Under the pieces are notes generated by a model. It worked only from the letters and a program-made list of their open reading frames with translations, did no database searches and was not told where the DNA came from. Made by a program: the position numbers and the translations under genes. Below, piece by piece: positions 1 through 11,721 of a stretch of DNA of 33,386 bases. The DNA comes from Octopus bimaculoides (Eukaryota). Position 1 is the first letter of the stretch, and every line of letters starts with the position of its first letter. The stretch is from positions 84,462,043 through 84,495,428 of the forward strand of contig NC_068987.1 in NCBI RefSeq assembly GCF_001194135.2, given 5' to 3'.

Positions 1-681
1 ATGTATGTTATGTATAAATATATACATAGATGTATATTTGTGCGTATGTATGTACGTTTGCATTTATGTATATATAAATGTGCATGCGCGTGTCTGTATC
101 GGTATTATTACAAACCTAAATTTTGAATGCATTTAATACATACGTTTCGAATTACTACTAAAAAACAAAAACTGTTGCGTTATGCAAACTTCGTCAGTTT
201 ACGATTCAATAGATGAAGTTACCTAAACATAAACATTTGTCCAGTGTATTGTAATTCGCGGACAGTGTTAGAAAATCTGCGCAAATACAATGGAGAGTTA
301 AAAGAAGACAGAAAATAAGTCGGTAGAGCAGGAGTGGGATACAAAAGAGGAAGAGCAAAAGAGAATATAAATATATGTGCAAATAGATAAATAAATGATT
401 AAACATGCCAAAAAAAAAAGACACATTTGCCGAGATAAACTCGAAAAGGAATGGATGAATGAAAGTGTATTAAAGATAAAATGGAAAAGGAAAAGGCGAA
501 GAGAGACAGATAAAAATTTGGTGCTGGATGAGGTAAAGACGAAAATGAAGACAAGAGGTATCCAAACATAGGATCTGGTTACATATATTTAAAGAAAGAA
601 AAGTTAATGTGTTCTGGCTATTTCTATCGGAAAATAATGTAGTACTGCTGATCGGCTGCCATATGTAAACATAGATATAAC

Positions 682-688
682 CACACAC

Positions 689-726
<38 letters not shown>

Positions 727-731
727 ACACA

Positions 732-785
<54 letters not shown>

Positions 786-786
786 G
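682..786. repeat. (CA)n followed by (TA)n microsatellite
   Basis: Read directly from the sequence; it explains the CVCV ORFs in the track. Confidence 0.95.
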
Positions 787-951
787 ATAGATGCGCACAA
801 AAGCATCCATACGCATACATACTACACTTACGTGGTAACACATACATATATGTCTATATTCATATTTATATATAAGTATTTATTTATATATACATGTGCA
901 TATACATTATATATACAAACATACGCAAATATAGACACAGGCACTCCATTT

Positions 952-953
952 CA

Positions 954-990
<37 letters not shown>
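952..990. repeat. (CA)n microsatellite
   Basis: Read directly from the sequence. Confidence 0.95.
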
Positions 991-992
<2 letters not shown>

Positions 993-1663
993 AAGTGTGT
1001 ATAGGTGCTTACATACAAGAATGTAGATAAACATACACTTACGTGCATATATTGAAACAGCCGAACGCAGAAATACACACATGTGTTTGCATTCTCATAT
1101 ATATATATATAACAATCATAATTCAATCGAATGCTGCGAATATAAGGAATCAGAGAGATGAGGGGGAGGTGGAGAGAGAGAGGGGGGGAGAGAGAGAGAA
1201 AGGGGCTGAGCGAAGTTGTTTCATTATAGTGAGTTTAAAAAAAAGACTAGAACGTGTTAGTAGCAGACACAAAATATTTTCAAATATGAAATAGATAAGA
1301 AAAAAATGCGGTAAAATAAGATTAAATATAAAATAATGTAAAGTAATATAAGGCGAAGAAATGATTTAGAAAGAAGGAAAAATGTATAAGTAAATCGTAG
1401 AATGTGCCAAATGAAATTTTGAAATATATATGAATTTGAATGATGCCAAATGAGATTTTGGAAAATATGAAAGTTGTAGAGATTTCCAATAAAGAAAAAA
1501 AAATAAAATAAAAAGAATTTCGTGATATTTATGATGATGAGAAAAATTTCTAGCCAATAATTTATAAAAGATCTTCAAAAGAAGTTTCAATATTTTTGGT
1601 GAAGAGCAGATTATAGCAGGAAATTTCATGCTTCCTGCTTTTTCTAATAGTAATATTAGTCGG

Positions 1664-1806
1664 ATATTTTAAGGCATGGAGTTGGCAGAATCGATAGCCC
1701 GTTGCACAAACGTTTCTGCCAGCTCGCCGCCTTTAAAATATTTTTATTCTACTCTAGGCTCAAGGACCAAAAATTTGTGGGAGAAGGCCAGTCGATTACA
1801 TCGACC
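1664..1806. mobile_element. Cluster of SINE family B fragments: plus-strand head, minus-strand head, minus-strand tail
   Basis: 1673-1698 resembles the head GGCGGCGAGCTGGCAGAAACG. 1709-1732 is the reverse complement of that head. 1744-1806 is the reverse complement of the tail seen at 3850-3910 and 20800-20860. Confidence 0.7.
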
Positions 1807-1842
1807 ACATTGCAGCTTTATAAATGTTCTACTTCGATGCGT

Positions 1843-2222
1843 GGAGGCGTAAAGGCCCAGTGGTTAGGGCAGCGGACTCGCGGTCATAGGATCGCGGTTT
1901 CGATTCCCAGACCGATCGTTGTGAGTGTTTATTGAGCGAAAACACCTAAAGCGCCACGAGGCTCCAGCAGGGGATGGTGGCGAACCCTGCTGTACTCTTT
2001 CACCACAACTTTCTCTCACTCCTGTTTCTGTTGTGCCAGTAATTCAAAGGGTCAACCTTGTCACACTGTGTCACGCTGAATAACCCCGAGAACTACGTTA
2101 AGGGTACACGTGTCTGTGGAGTGCTCAGCCACTTGCACGTTAATTCCACGAGCAGGCTGTTCCGTTGATGGGATCAACTGGAACCCTCGACGTCATAAGC
2201 GACGGAGTGCTAACAACAACAA
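1843..2222 (+). mobile_element. tRNA-derived SINE, family C, near full length
   Basis: A-box-like GGCCCAGTGG and B-box-like GGTTTCGATTCCC at the 5' end; ends in (AAC)n. The 3' half has a reverse-complement copy at 29968-30142. Confidence 0.85.
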
Positions 2223-2929
2223 TGAGACGACCACTAAAGAAAAATGCTTCTGCGTACTGACTATTCCATTAAAATATATGTAACTGCAAAAGATATAAAT
2301 CAGGTGTGAATTGTGTCATGTACAGGTACGTCCTTTCTATCATAAGCTCGTACTTCAATATAAAATTACCTAATAATATACGTTCTCTGAAATATTTATT
2401 TGCAAAGGCAAAATTTATTGCAATGGTTTGCGAGCCTACGTTACATGTCTCTTGCTTTAGCCGCCGATGATAAGTGTTCCTGGTTTTGGTTGAGTTATTT
2501 TCTAGCTTAAACGTTCTGAAGATAGCAGAAAAAATATTCCTCAGCACAGGTTTATGTTCTCTGCAGTAGCTAAAATAATTATGTTGCTTGAATAATCTGA
2601 GAAAACAAATAAATAAGGCAGTTATAGACCAATACTGGTTAGGAAATATCTCCATCGTATTTCCTGTTTTATTTCAATGAAGAAATATTATAGGCTCATG
2701 ATAATGCAGGACCTAAAGATGAGACACTTTATGACTTAATGCTTACGTTTTAAATTGGCATAACGTTCAAATCTGCAAATGATTTGGCCAGTTATTCAAG
2801 TCCGTATTCCTTGGAGTTTATGACAAAAAGTGCCCCGACGCTATAAAGTTATGCAAAAGAAATATACACGAAGGTTCGTTTATGTTGGGATTTTAGTTCC
2901 TTAAAATTGCAGTGATAAATGAATCATCT

Positions 2930-3324
2930 CCACTCACTTTGTAAATGGAACGAATGGTAGACTCGTTGACACTAAATTCCCAGCTCACATCTGTAAATCT
3001 CTTATCGTCACATATTCTCTTGATCATTTTTACCTTCTTCTGTACAGGATACACTAGTCTGCGTCGGTTGTTGGAATGAGACGCCTTTGCATTTATTCTG
3101 TACGCTGATCCCATATTAATGGGTATCCATAACAAAAAAAGAAAAGGTTGACTCACAGTACAGTGATGTAAGCACAAGTGATAGTCAGCACATTCTGGGT
3201 AGCTGAGCATTGTGGGTGATCGCTGGTAGAGGAGTTTGCTGGGCAAGCAGTTTTGGATTGTTGAACCGTGTTGTAAGAGATCAGTCCGCGATAAGTGTAA
3301 CATGATTGATAATTGTGTGTACTG
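2930..3324 (-). mobile_element. pogo/Tigger-type transposon 5' remnant: decayed TIR, UTR and N-terminal HTH of the transposase
   Basis: Minus frame from ATG 3114 gives RRRLVYPVQKKVKMIKRICDDKRFTDVSWEFSVNESTIRSIYK, matching the CENP-B/psq-type HTH signature (VNESTIR) of Tigger-like transposases. Upstream, CAGTA...CACTTATCGCGG (3324-3286) matches the MITE terminus at 17179. Confidence 0.7.
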
Positions 3325-3696
3325 TTTTACTTCAGATCAGTGAATAGATTACATGATGCTACATGTAAAACATTTGATGTTGGAAATAGTTCAAACAAAG
3401 GAAATTTGAGAAATATATATCCCAGTAAACCATGAATCTCGAAGCAAATAAAGCTATAAACAATAGCATATAAATATTGGCTTAAAAACCTTTGGACAGA
3501 AAAATTCGAAAGCTACTTATGGGACTCGACAACATACAATTCTCGCGGGTACGATTAAAGTTTCTAAAATTTATGGAGAAATGTGAAGGGCTGCTTCGGT
3601 CAGGTGGTAGACTGCTTGCCATTTTGACAGGAGACGTGGGTTCTAGTCCGATGAAAAGCCTTCTATTTCTTTTCTAACCAATATTTACACGCTAAA

Positions 3697-3910
3697 GGCG
3701 GAGAGCTGGCAGAAACGTTAGCACGTGGGATGAACTGGTTAGCAGTATTTCGTTTGTCTTTATGTTCTGAGTTCAAATTCCGCCGAGATCGACTTTGACT
3801 GTTATCCTTTCAGGGTCGATAAATTAACTACTAGTTGCGTTCTTGGATCGATCTAATCTACTGGTCCCCTCCCCCAAAATTTCAGGCCGTGTACCTAGAG
3901 TAGAAAATAA
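3697..3910 (+). mobile_element. tRNA-derived SINE, family B, full length
   Basis: Head GGCGGAGAGCTGGCAGAAACG, B-box-like GAGTTCAAATTCC, tail CCTAGAGTAGAAAA; colinear with 20656-20860. Confidence 0.9.
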
Positions 3911-4011
3911 TATTTACACGCAATTGTTTATAGCCTTGCTTGCGTTGATATCTACTGTTCATATTCTCTCGACATTCCTAAATTGTTGTGACATAAACAC
4001 TACATATGAAT

Positions 4012-4060
<49 letters not shown>

Positions 4061-4551
4061 NNNNNNNNNNNNNNNNNNNNNNNNNNNNNNNNNNNNNNNN
4101 NNNNNNNNNNNNNNNNNNNNNNNNNNNNNNNNNNNNNNNNNNNNNNNNNNNNNNNNNNNNNNNNNNNNNNNNNNNNNNNNNNNNNNNNNNNNNNNNNNNN
4201 NNNNNNNNNNNNNNNNNNNNNNNNNNNNNNNNNNNNNNNNNNNNNNNNNNNNNNNNNNNNNNNNNNNNNNNNNNNNNNNNNNNNNNNNNNNNNNNNNNNN
4301 NNNNNNNNNNNNNNNNNNNNNNNNNNNNNNNNNNNNNNNNNNNNNNNNNNNNNNNNNNNNNNNNNNNNNNNNNNNNNNNNNNNNNNNNNNNNNNNNNNNN
4401 NNNNNNNNNNNNNNNNNNNNNNNNNNNNNNNNNNNNNNNNNNNNNNNNNNNNNNNNNNNNNNNNNNNNNNNNNNNNNNNNNNNNNNNNNNNNNNNNNNNN
4501 NNNNNNNNNNNNNNNNNNNNNNNNNNNNNNNNNNNNNNNNNNNNNNNNNNN
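4061..4551. other. Assembly gap (491 N) flanked by (TA)n
   Basis: N run. The other gaps are 6855-7027, 12198-12298, 13422-13738, 17923-18372, 21931-22126 and 27295-27408. Confidence 1.
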
Positions 4552-4720
4552 TATATATATATATATGTACATTGTTGAAATTTATAGAAAGACGAAGACA
4601 AGTGTATGAACAACAAGCGAGTGTATTAGCTTGAGGCTCTGAAAAATGAAAAGGTCTTTTACATTTTGAGCCTACGCTCTTTAGCAGAAAGGAATAGAGA
4701 AAATAAGCAGAGAATATATT

Positions 4721-5000
4721 TCACGGGACTGACCCTACTATCGGATGTTCTTATACATCGCTGGTCACGATATCCTTGCATTGTTTTAACCTTCGAATGA
4801 TGCCACCCACTGGTTGGTCGAATAGGCCAACATGATCGGAAAATTATTCTGTCGCCGTGTTCCCCATTTAAACTGATTGAACTAGAGTAACGAGAAATGA
4901 AGTGTTTTGCTCAAGAAAACAATACACCGGCCGGTTCGAGAACCGAACGTGCGATCTAGCGATCCTGAATGCAGCACCCTAACCAAAAGGCCACTCTCCT
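4721..5000 (-). mobile_element. tRNA-derived SINE, family D, diverged
   Basis: Minus strand has a tRNA-like head (GGCCTTTTGGTTAGGGTG...GTTCGGTTCTCG), then TTCTTGAGCAAAACACTT...TCAGTTTAAATGGG, similar to 30158-30295 and in part to 28880-29107. Confidence 0.7.
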
Positions 5001-6458
5001 TGACATACACACACATACACACATAGCTATATATACATATATATATATTCAGAGAGAGAGAGAGAGAAAACCGTTTTATGTACATTACAGTATTGTCTTT
5101 CTACGCTGATTTTAGTTATTGCTTTGGGGTACCCTAACTTGATTAAACATTATGAAGGAATATTTCCATTTATTTTATTAGCGAAGAGAAAATATATCCA
5201 CCATTTAAGCATTTCTCATTGCTAGAATTAACTTTTCTTGTGAACTGAAATACATTTCCCAATATTCTTTCTACACATTTCCTACACAGTTTTTATATTC
5301 AACACGTTTGATATCAAATTCCATTTAAATGCTTCATTTGAGATGAATAAGGTAAAATGAAACCACGATTGAACAGAGATTTGGCATTGCATATGCAATT
5401 TTCCGATTAAGCAACAATTTTTAATTTGTCTCTAAAAGTTATTTGCGATATTAGTTAATGTAATTTTAATAACATTTCTTTTAATTTCCTTTAAGTTTAT
5501 ACGTATATTTTTTTTTTCTTTTATTCACGGTCACTTAATCCTTATTGGTATTGAAGTAGTTGTTAAACAAAGTCAATTCTGTGTCAGCCATTACCGTACT
5601 TCAGCGCAAACTTCAGCACAAGAAGATGTCTCTCTTGTAGTAACGCTACTTTCATCTCATGTTTACTGATGTTTTTAATTTGAAAGCACATTTTCAATAG
5701 AGAAATCAATATTCAGAGCTATGACTATGTATTTTGCTGAAATTTAACATTACGCTTGGCTTTCAAAATTTAATCAGTTATCTTTCAGTAAATTAGTTTT
5801 ATATGAACACAGACAAATTATATCCACACTTACATCCACAAATACATATTGTTTGCTATGTTTACAAAATAAAAATCGATGTTATTGACCGCTTTACCTA
5901 CACACAAACACACAGATACCCACTCGCGTATACATACGTACATACACACGCGCGCTTTTATACATATACACTTAATTTAGGTTTAACCAGTAAGTATTAG
6001 AGCACGTGGAAACATGTCTAACTTCCTCAGAACTAACCATGAGAAGCTGAGTTTCACAACACCAAAAAAAGAACGGGGCTAATCAAATTAGTACAACTGT
6101 AAACTATCAAAGGTACAGTCGAATTATGTAAAACATTGATGAAACTCAATATCTCTCTCCTTAGATCAACCTAGTATTAAATCTAGGCATCATCCATTTA
6201 TTCTTTATCCACATTCAGTATTTCCCACTGAAACTTGATACACATAGCAAATTGTAAATGAAGAGGATTCTTCTGTACCAGTTTTTAGGTCAAAATCAGA
6301 CATAGTTGGGGTGTTTTATAACGAAAGGTTGTTCCCCCATATCATTCTCAACACGTTTTCAGATATACTACATCCTGTTCCAAATGGCTCAATCTGTTAT
6401 ATTCTAACGTAAAGACGTTATTAGTTGAAAAAAGATGTACCTAGTATTGGAACAAGGA

Positions 6459-6610
6459 TGACGGGCTTCTTTCAGTTTCCGTCTACCAAATCGACTCACA
6501 AGGCTTTCGTCGGCCCGAGGCTATAGTAGAAGACACCTGCCCATGGTACCAGGCAGTGGGACTGAACTCGGAACCATGTGTTTGGTTACCACGCAGCTAA
6601 TCCTACGCCT
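6459..6610 (-). mobile_element. SINE family A, 5' half (head)
   Basis: Reverse complement aligns with the heads at 7444-7605 and 32359-32520 (CCCACTGC..GGCACC, CTACTATAGCCTCGGGCCGAC, GACGGAAACTGAAAGAAGC). Confidence 0.9.
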
Positions 6611-6619
6611 ATGCATATT

Positions 6620-6854
6620 CTTTTATTCTTTTATTCTTTTACTTGTTTCAGTCATTTGACTGCGGCCATGCTGGAGCACCGGCTTTAGTCGAATCAAATC
6701 GACCCCAGGACTTATTATTTGTAAGCCTAGTACTTATTCTATCGGTCTCTTTTTGCCGAACCGCTAAGTTACGGGGACCTAAGCACACCAGCATCGGTTG
6801 TCAAGCGATGTTGGTGGGGACGAACACAGATACACAACATATACACACATACAT
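6620..6854 (-). mobile_element. SINE family A, 3' half (tail), running into a gap
   Basis: Reverse complement of ...GCTCCAGCATGGCCGCAGTCAAATGACTGAAACAAGTAAAAGA; matches 7620-7831. Confidence 0.9.
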
Positions 6855-7443
6855 NNNNNNNNNNNNNNNNNNNNNNNNNNNNNNNNNNNNNNNNNNNNNN
6901 NNNNNNNNNNNNNNNNNNNNNNNNNNNNNNNNNNNNNNNNNNNNNNNNNNNNNNNNNNNNNNNNNNNNNNNNNNNNNNNNNNNNNNNNNNNNNNNNNNNN
7001 NNNNNNNNNNNNNNNNNNNNNNNNNNNTATATATACATATATATATTTTCAAACATTCATTCATTCATTCATACATACATGCATACATGCATACATGGTG
7101 GTTGTCTATTGCTTATGCAGAGTCTGAGCAACTCTTCTACTTACACCTTAGATCCACCATGGCATCTGATGTGTCTTTTTAATCCACACAATGTATTGAA
7201 GAGACGCTCACGTAGATCGCATATCTGATTTGGTTCACCAAGACCCTACAGTTAAGTTCTGATTTTTGTGGATCTTAAAATGTCTTTTGAGGCCTCCGTG
7301 AGATTTGCAAACCGTCCGGCATACACGACATAGGAAGGTGTGTACAGATATATAAGCAGAGTAGTTGATGGAGGCTCGCTTTTCATGGGTCTACAAATGA
7401 GATTTGAACCCAACAAAACAAATGCATCATCTCTCACAATCTG

Positions 7444-7831
7444 GGCGAAGGAGTGGCTGTGTGGTAAGTAGCTTGCTTAACAACCACATGGCTCTGGGTT
7501 CATTCCCACTGCGTGGCACCTTGGGCCTTCAACTATAGCCTCGGGCCGACCAATGCCTTGTGAGTGGATCTGGTAGACGGAAACTGAAGGAAGTCCGTCG
7601 TATATATGTATATGTGTGTGTGTATATGTTTGTGTGTCTGTGTTTGTCCCCCCACCATCGCTTGACAATCGCTGGTGGTGTGTTTACGACCCCGTAAATA
7701 GCGGTTCGGCAAAAGAGGCCGATAGAATAAGTACCAGGCTTACAAGAATAAGTCCTGGGGTCGATTTGCTCGACTTAAAGGCGGCACTCCAGCATGGCCG
7801 CAGTCAAATGACTGAAACAAGTAAAAGAGTA
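7444..7831 (+). mobile_element. tRNA-derived SINE, family A, full length with internal (TA)/(TG) microsatellite
   Basis: A-box-like TGGCTGTGTGG, B-box-like GGTTCATTCCC, internal microsatellite, tail CCAGCATGGCCGCAGTCAAATGACTGAAACAAGTAAAAGAGTA; colinear with 32359-32773. Confidence 0.92.
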
Positions 7832-8286
7832 CAGTGGTACATGGATTTGATATCGCAACTTTCAAATAATTTCTTTAGTAGAGTGGGCGGAAATTCTGTA
7901 GCGAACATCTCATTATGAACATAAATACTTTGCATAAATCTATACGTTAATATCTAACTAAAAATCATTCTTAAGCATTCGAAATCAAATTTATTAAAGA
8001 TAAAGAAATAAAGAATAATAATGGAAAGCAGTTTTAAAATGTAATCTGTAGAAGCTCGTGTAAACGATACTAGGAAAGTGTTTTCCGTTCCTTACGTATT
8101 TCATCTCGATGGAGTTTAGTATGATTGAAGTGTCTATACTTCCATTTTACAAAGATGGGATTGGTACATTTACAATAGAGTCATTTACCTGTTTATTTAT
8201 TATCACTGCCTTACGATAGAAAACATGAAAGGCTTCTGGCGTAATATCTAGTGTATGAATAAAAAGTAAGGTAACAGATATTATAT

Positions 8287-8311
8287 GTACATACATACAT
8301 ACATACATACA

Positions 8312-8360
<49 letters not shown>

Positions 8361-8375
8361 TGTGAGTGTGTATGT
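8287..8375. repeat. (TACA)n + (TA)n + (GT)n compound microsatellite
   Basis: Read directly from the sequence. Confidence 0.9.
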
Positions 8376-9384
8376 GACAGCAAACATTTATCGGCTGAGA
8401 AATGAAATTAATATGAAATCGGCCGATTGACTACCTGCTTTCTGACAACATTGTACATATTGGTAATGGAGCTTTAGTTAACACAACAAAAGAACATTTC
8501 ACAATATTACGTAGAAAAGCGATAAAATATTGTTTGCTGACAGGTTGTAAGAAGAAGCATACGTCACGAGAAATGGAAAATATTAAGAGGAGTGTTACGA
8601 AATTACAAGACAATCCTAACTGCTGCAGAATACAGTACTTTCGATATATTATTTATGATTACTATGTTATCAATACAACGAAAAGCTTACTGAAATATTT
8701 ATCAGCTGAACGGTTCATCACTTATTGGATGCAATTTCCAGACAATGATGCCTCCGAAACCAAAGACTAATATTAATACTTCACACAGATTCATACGGAT
8801 ACTAATTTTGTTCTCAAGCAGTACTTTTATGAACTTGCAGGATTCTTAATTGGTTACAGTTGCTACAACGTTACACTATCTTGTATTTGAGATGTAAATT
8901 CATTTGTATTAAACAATAAATTCAGGAAAATAAACTTTATAACGAGAATAATAAAACAGTCGTAACGTTTTAGGTGTCTGTTAATCCTAAACATATGACA
9001 TATCGTAGCACTGAAGGATGATGGAATAACTAATTAAAGAAAGACGTGATTTATATTATTTAAAACATGCAAATTGGTTATAGCCACCAATTGTTAATGA
9101 TACAACCATTAATTATATTGACTTTATAAAATGTAACACCACTGGAGCAATGATTCTATTTTATAATTTGCAGTTACACAGTATTAAGTTATTTGGGCGA
9201 ATCCGTTTAAAATGTTTGCCATTTTTTTTTTCTTTACTTTCTTTTTGTCCAGAAACGTGGTGAAGAGACATCATCGTTATATAGTCGAATAAAATTCAGA
9301 GCAGCGTTACTTATGAATACTTACCTTCTGAGAGCATATTCAATTGAGATTGACTTTGCATATCATCATTTCCATGTCGAAAAA

Positions 9385-9482
9385 AATAATCACCAGTTGA
9401 GCACTAAGTCGACCTAATCGATAACCCCTACCTTTACCCATAACAAACTAGTGACTTTGTGCCAAAATTTTAAACCATTATT
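9385..9482 (+). mobile_element. Decayed 3' half of a family B-related SINE
   Basis: ACCAGTTGAGCACT..GTCGACCTAATCGA...CTTTGTGCCAAAATTT resembles the family B tail. Confidence 0.5.
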
Positions 9483-10498
9483 CATCTCCAGTTTAAGTTT
9501 AATCATGCAGGTCTATGGTAGATGCATTCAAGCCAAGACGATCATATTTTCAACAAGCTCTGTATATACTACATTATTTTATAAGTTCAATATTAAAGCA
9601 AGGAAGACGCCATTTTAGGATTTTTTGTTAGCAGTTGAAAGTCGAGCTGCCTCGTAAAACATTCCTCATTGGCTGTAGATACTTATATAGTGAAATTCTG
9701 CAGCGGTCAAAACATCTGCTTTACAAATTCAATGAAGCCAGAGGACATACCATTTAAAAAAAAATTACTAGTAATTCTTGATTATGTCGTAGGAATTTAA
9801 TATTTTCTAACATTTGAAGCACATTTTAAAGATAATTGCATCTCTAAAGCCACAGGTGTTAATTTTAATGGCAACTTAAACTAATTTCAACAGGCACATA
9901 TGCAACTGAATGTATTTGTATATATGAATATAGAGAGATATTGTCAAAGTGAGTTAATAACAGGAAAGACATGATGTATGTATTACTTATTCTCATTTAA
10001 AATCAGGTGATTTTAAATGTATAAATATATATATACATATATACATGCGCACACTTACGCGCACACACACACACGCACATACACATATATATGCTACTAC
10101 ATATGTAAATATATAGATAAAAAAATGAATTTAAATACATATGGAACATTAACGTAAAACATGATATACTAGAGAATATATGGGAATGTCATGTAGTTCA
10201 GGATATTGAGAATGGAAACACAGATGAAGACGTTAAATAGATCAGAAAAGAAGGTAAAATGCGGCAGGCTTTGATATAAAAAATGTAATAAGAACCAAAC
10301 AAAATGAAACCACTAAAATAGATCTGAGAAGGAACGTGAGATTAAATATATAGTATTTAGCAGAGAAATAAGTGCCATATATATGTATATTATAAATTAT
10401 ATATATGCATGTATGGATACAGGACGTCGCCAACAGAATACAACATGAAATACGAAAACAAATGAGTTAAATACGCAAAAAAACGAGAGTAAAAAAGA

Positions 10499-10850
10499 AG
10501 TAATGCAACGAATGGTCCTTCAGCAGTTGTCGACTCTCTACTTACTCCTCATTTCGATCAATCAATGACAATATGAATCTTCAGAGACATTGCTCCCATA
10601 AATACCAAAATAAAATTTTGGATTTTTGGACGGTCAAAGTTAGGAACAAAAACAGCTCAGTGGAGACATACAAGGAAACCGAACGAAAAAAGAACATGGA
10701 GGGTTGTTAGGGCTGAACGAGGGGAAACTAGTGAATGCTGTGAGAAATATTTTCTTTGAAAAGAGAAAATATAGAAGAGAGAGATATAAGACGTCCAGTC
10801 TTTAGAACGTCCGTGCAGGTAAGAAAGATGGACGATGGTCACGTGTGAGC

Positions 10851-10902
<52 letters not shown>

Positions 10903-11552
10903 GACAGAGAGCAAATAGAAAACGGTGAAAGGGAGAGAAAGGGAATTAGAGAAGGTAGGGGAGAAAACAGTATATATGAGACTCGCATCAAATACGTTAA
11001 GATAAACTTACTTGGAAATAGATGCGTGGCGTTCAATTAAATAATAATATGGTAAAGTCGCATCAACTGTACTCTGTACTGTATTCTTCCCAGTCCTCTC
11101 GAATTCCCCTTTTCTCCCTTTCACCGTTTTCCATCTGTCTCTCTCTCTCTCCTCCTCTTTCTCTTTTTCTCTCTCTCGTTGCTCGCACGTGACCGTCGTC
11201 CATCTTTCTTTTCCTCACGCGAACATCTTTCTTTCCGGCACAGACGTTCTAAAAACTGGACGTCTCCTATCTCTCTCTTCTTTTTTTCTCTTTTCAAAGA
11301 AAATATTTCTCTCAACGTTTACTATTTCCCCTCGTTCAAGTCTAACGACCCGCCATGTGTATTTTCGTTCGGTTTCCCTGTATGTCTCCACTGACCTGCT
11401 TTTGTTCCTAACTTTGATACCCTTTAAAACCAAAATTTTATTTTGATATTTGTGGGAGCAACTGTCGTCGCAGACTCATATTGTCGTTGATTGCTCGAAA
11501 TGGGGAGTAGATAGAGAGCCGACAACCGAGAAAGGTTCATTCTTTGTATTAC
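10499..11552. repeat. About 1.05-kb fold-back inverted repeat (arms about 10499-10972 and 11077-11552); probable non-autonomous long-TIR DNA transposon
   Basis: The arms align as reverse complements over about 475 bp, for example TTGCTCCCATAAATACCAAAATAAAATTTTGG with CCAAAATTTTATTTTGATATTTGTGGGAGCAA, and (GA)n with (CT)n. Spacer is about 104 bp. Confidence 0.9.
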
Positions 11553-11721
11553 TTGTTCTTCTTTCTCTCATTAGGAATATTTTCTTGACAATAAATTGCG
11601 GTGGAATTGCCTTTAGAAAATAATATACATTACAAACATATTTCAGATAGCCTAAACATTTTGTATCCATCTACTCATCCATATATATAAGGACACAGTA
11701 CTGCATTAGGTTAGGTTAGAA

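Noticed and set aside
1843-1915. tRNA-like sequence with A and B boxes (also at 3697, 7444, 20656, 32359)
   Set aside because: No complete cloverleaf or acceptor stem; each continues into a multi-copy SINE body, so these are not tRNA genes.
3843-4634. Long ORFs spanning N runs (also at 6.6-7.2, 12.1-12.3, 13.3-13.9, 17.8-18.8 and 21.8-22.2 kb)
   Set aside because: They stay open only because N codons translate as X; the flanks are dinucleotide repeats.
9220-9252. Strong plus-strand splice acceptor (about 30-nt pyrimidine tract plus CAG)
   Set aside because: No matching strong donor or recognisable peptide downstream; T-rich tracts are common here.
9605-9680. YY1-like CGCCATTTT plus ATTGG (CCAAT box), suggesting a promoter
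   Set aside because: Short motifs expected by chance; no CpG island or supported exon.
11707-11719. TTAGG repeats resembling a telomere seed at the LINE 5' junction
   Set aside because: Under three units, and not the TTAGGG repeat reported for molluscs.
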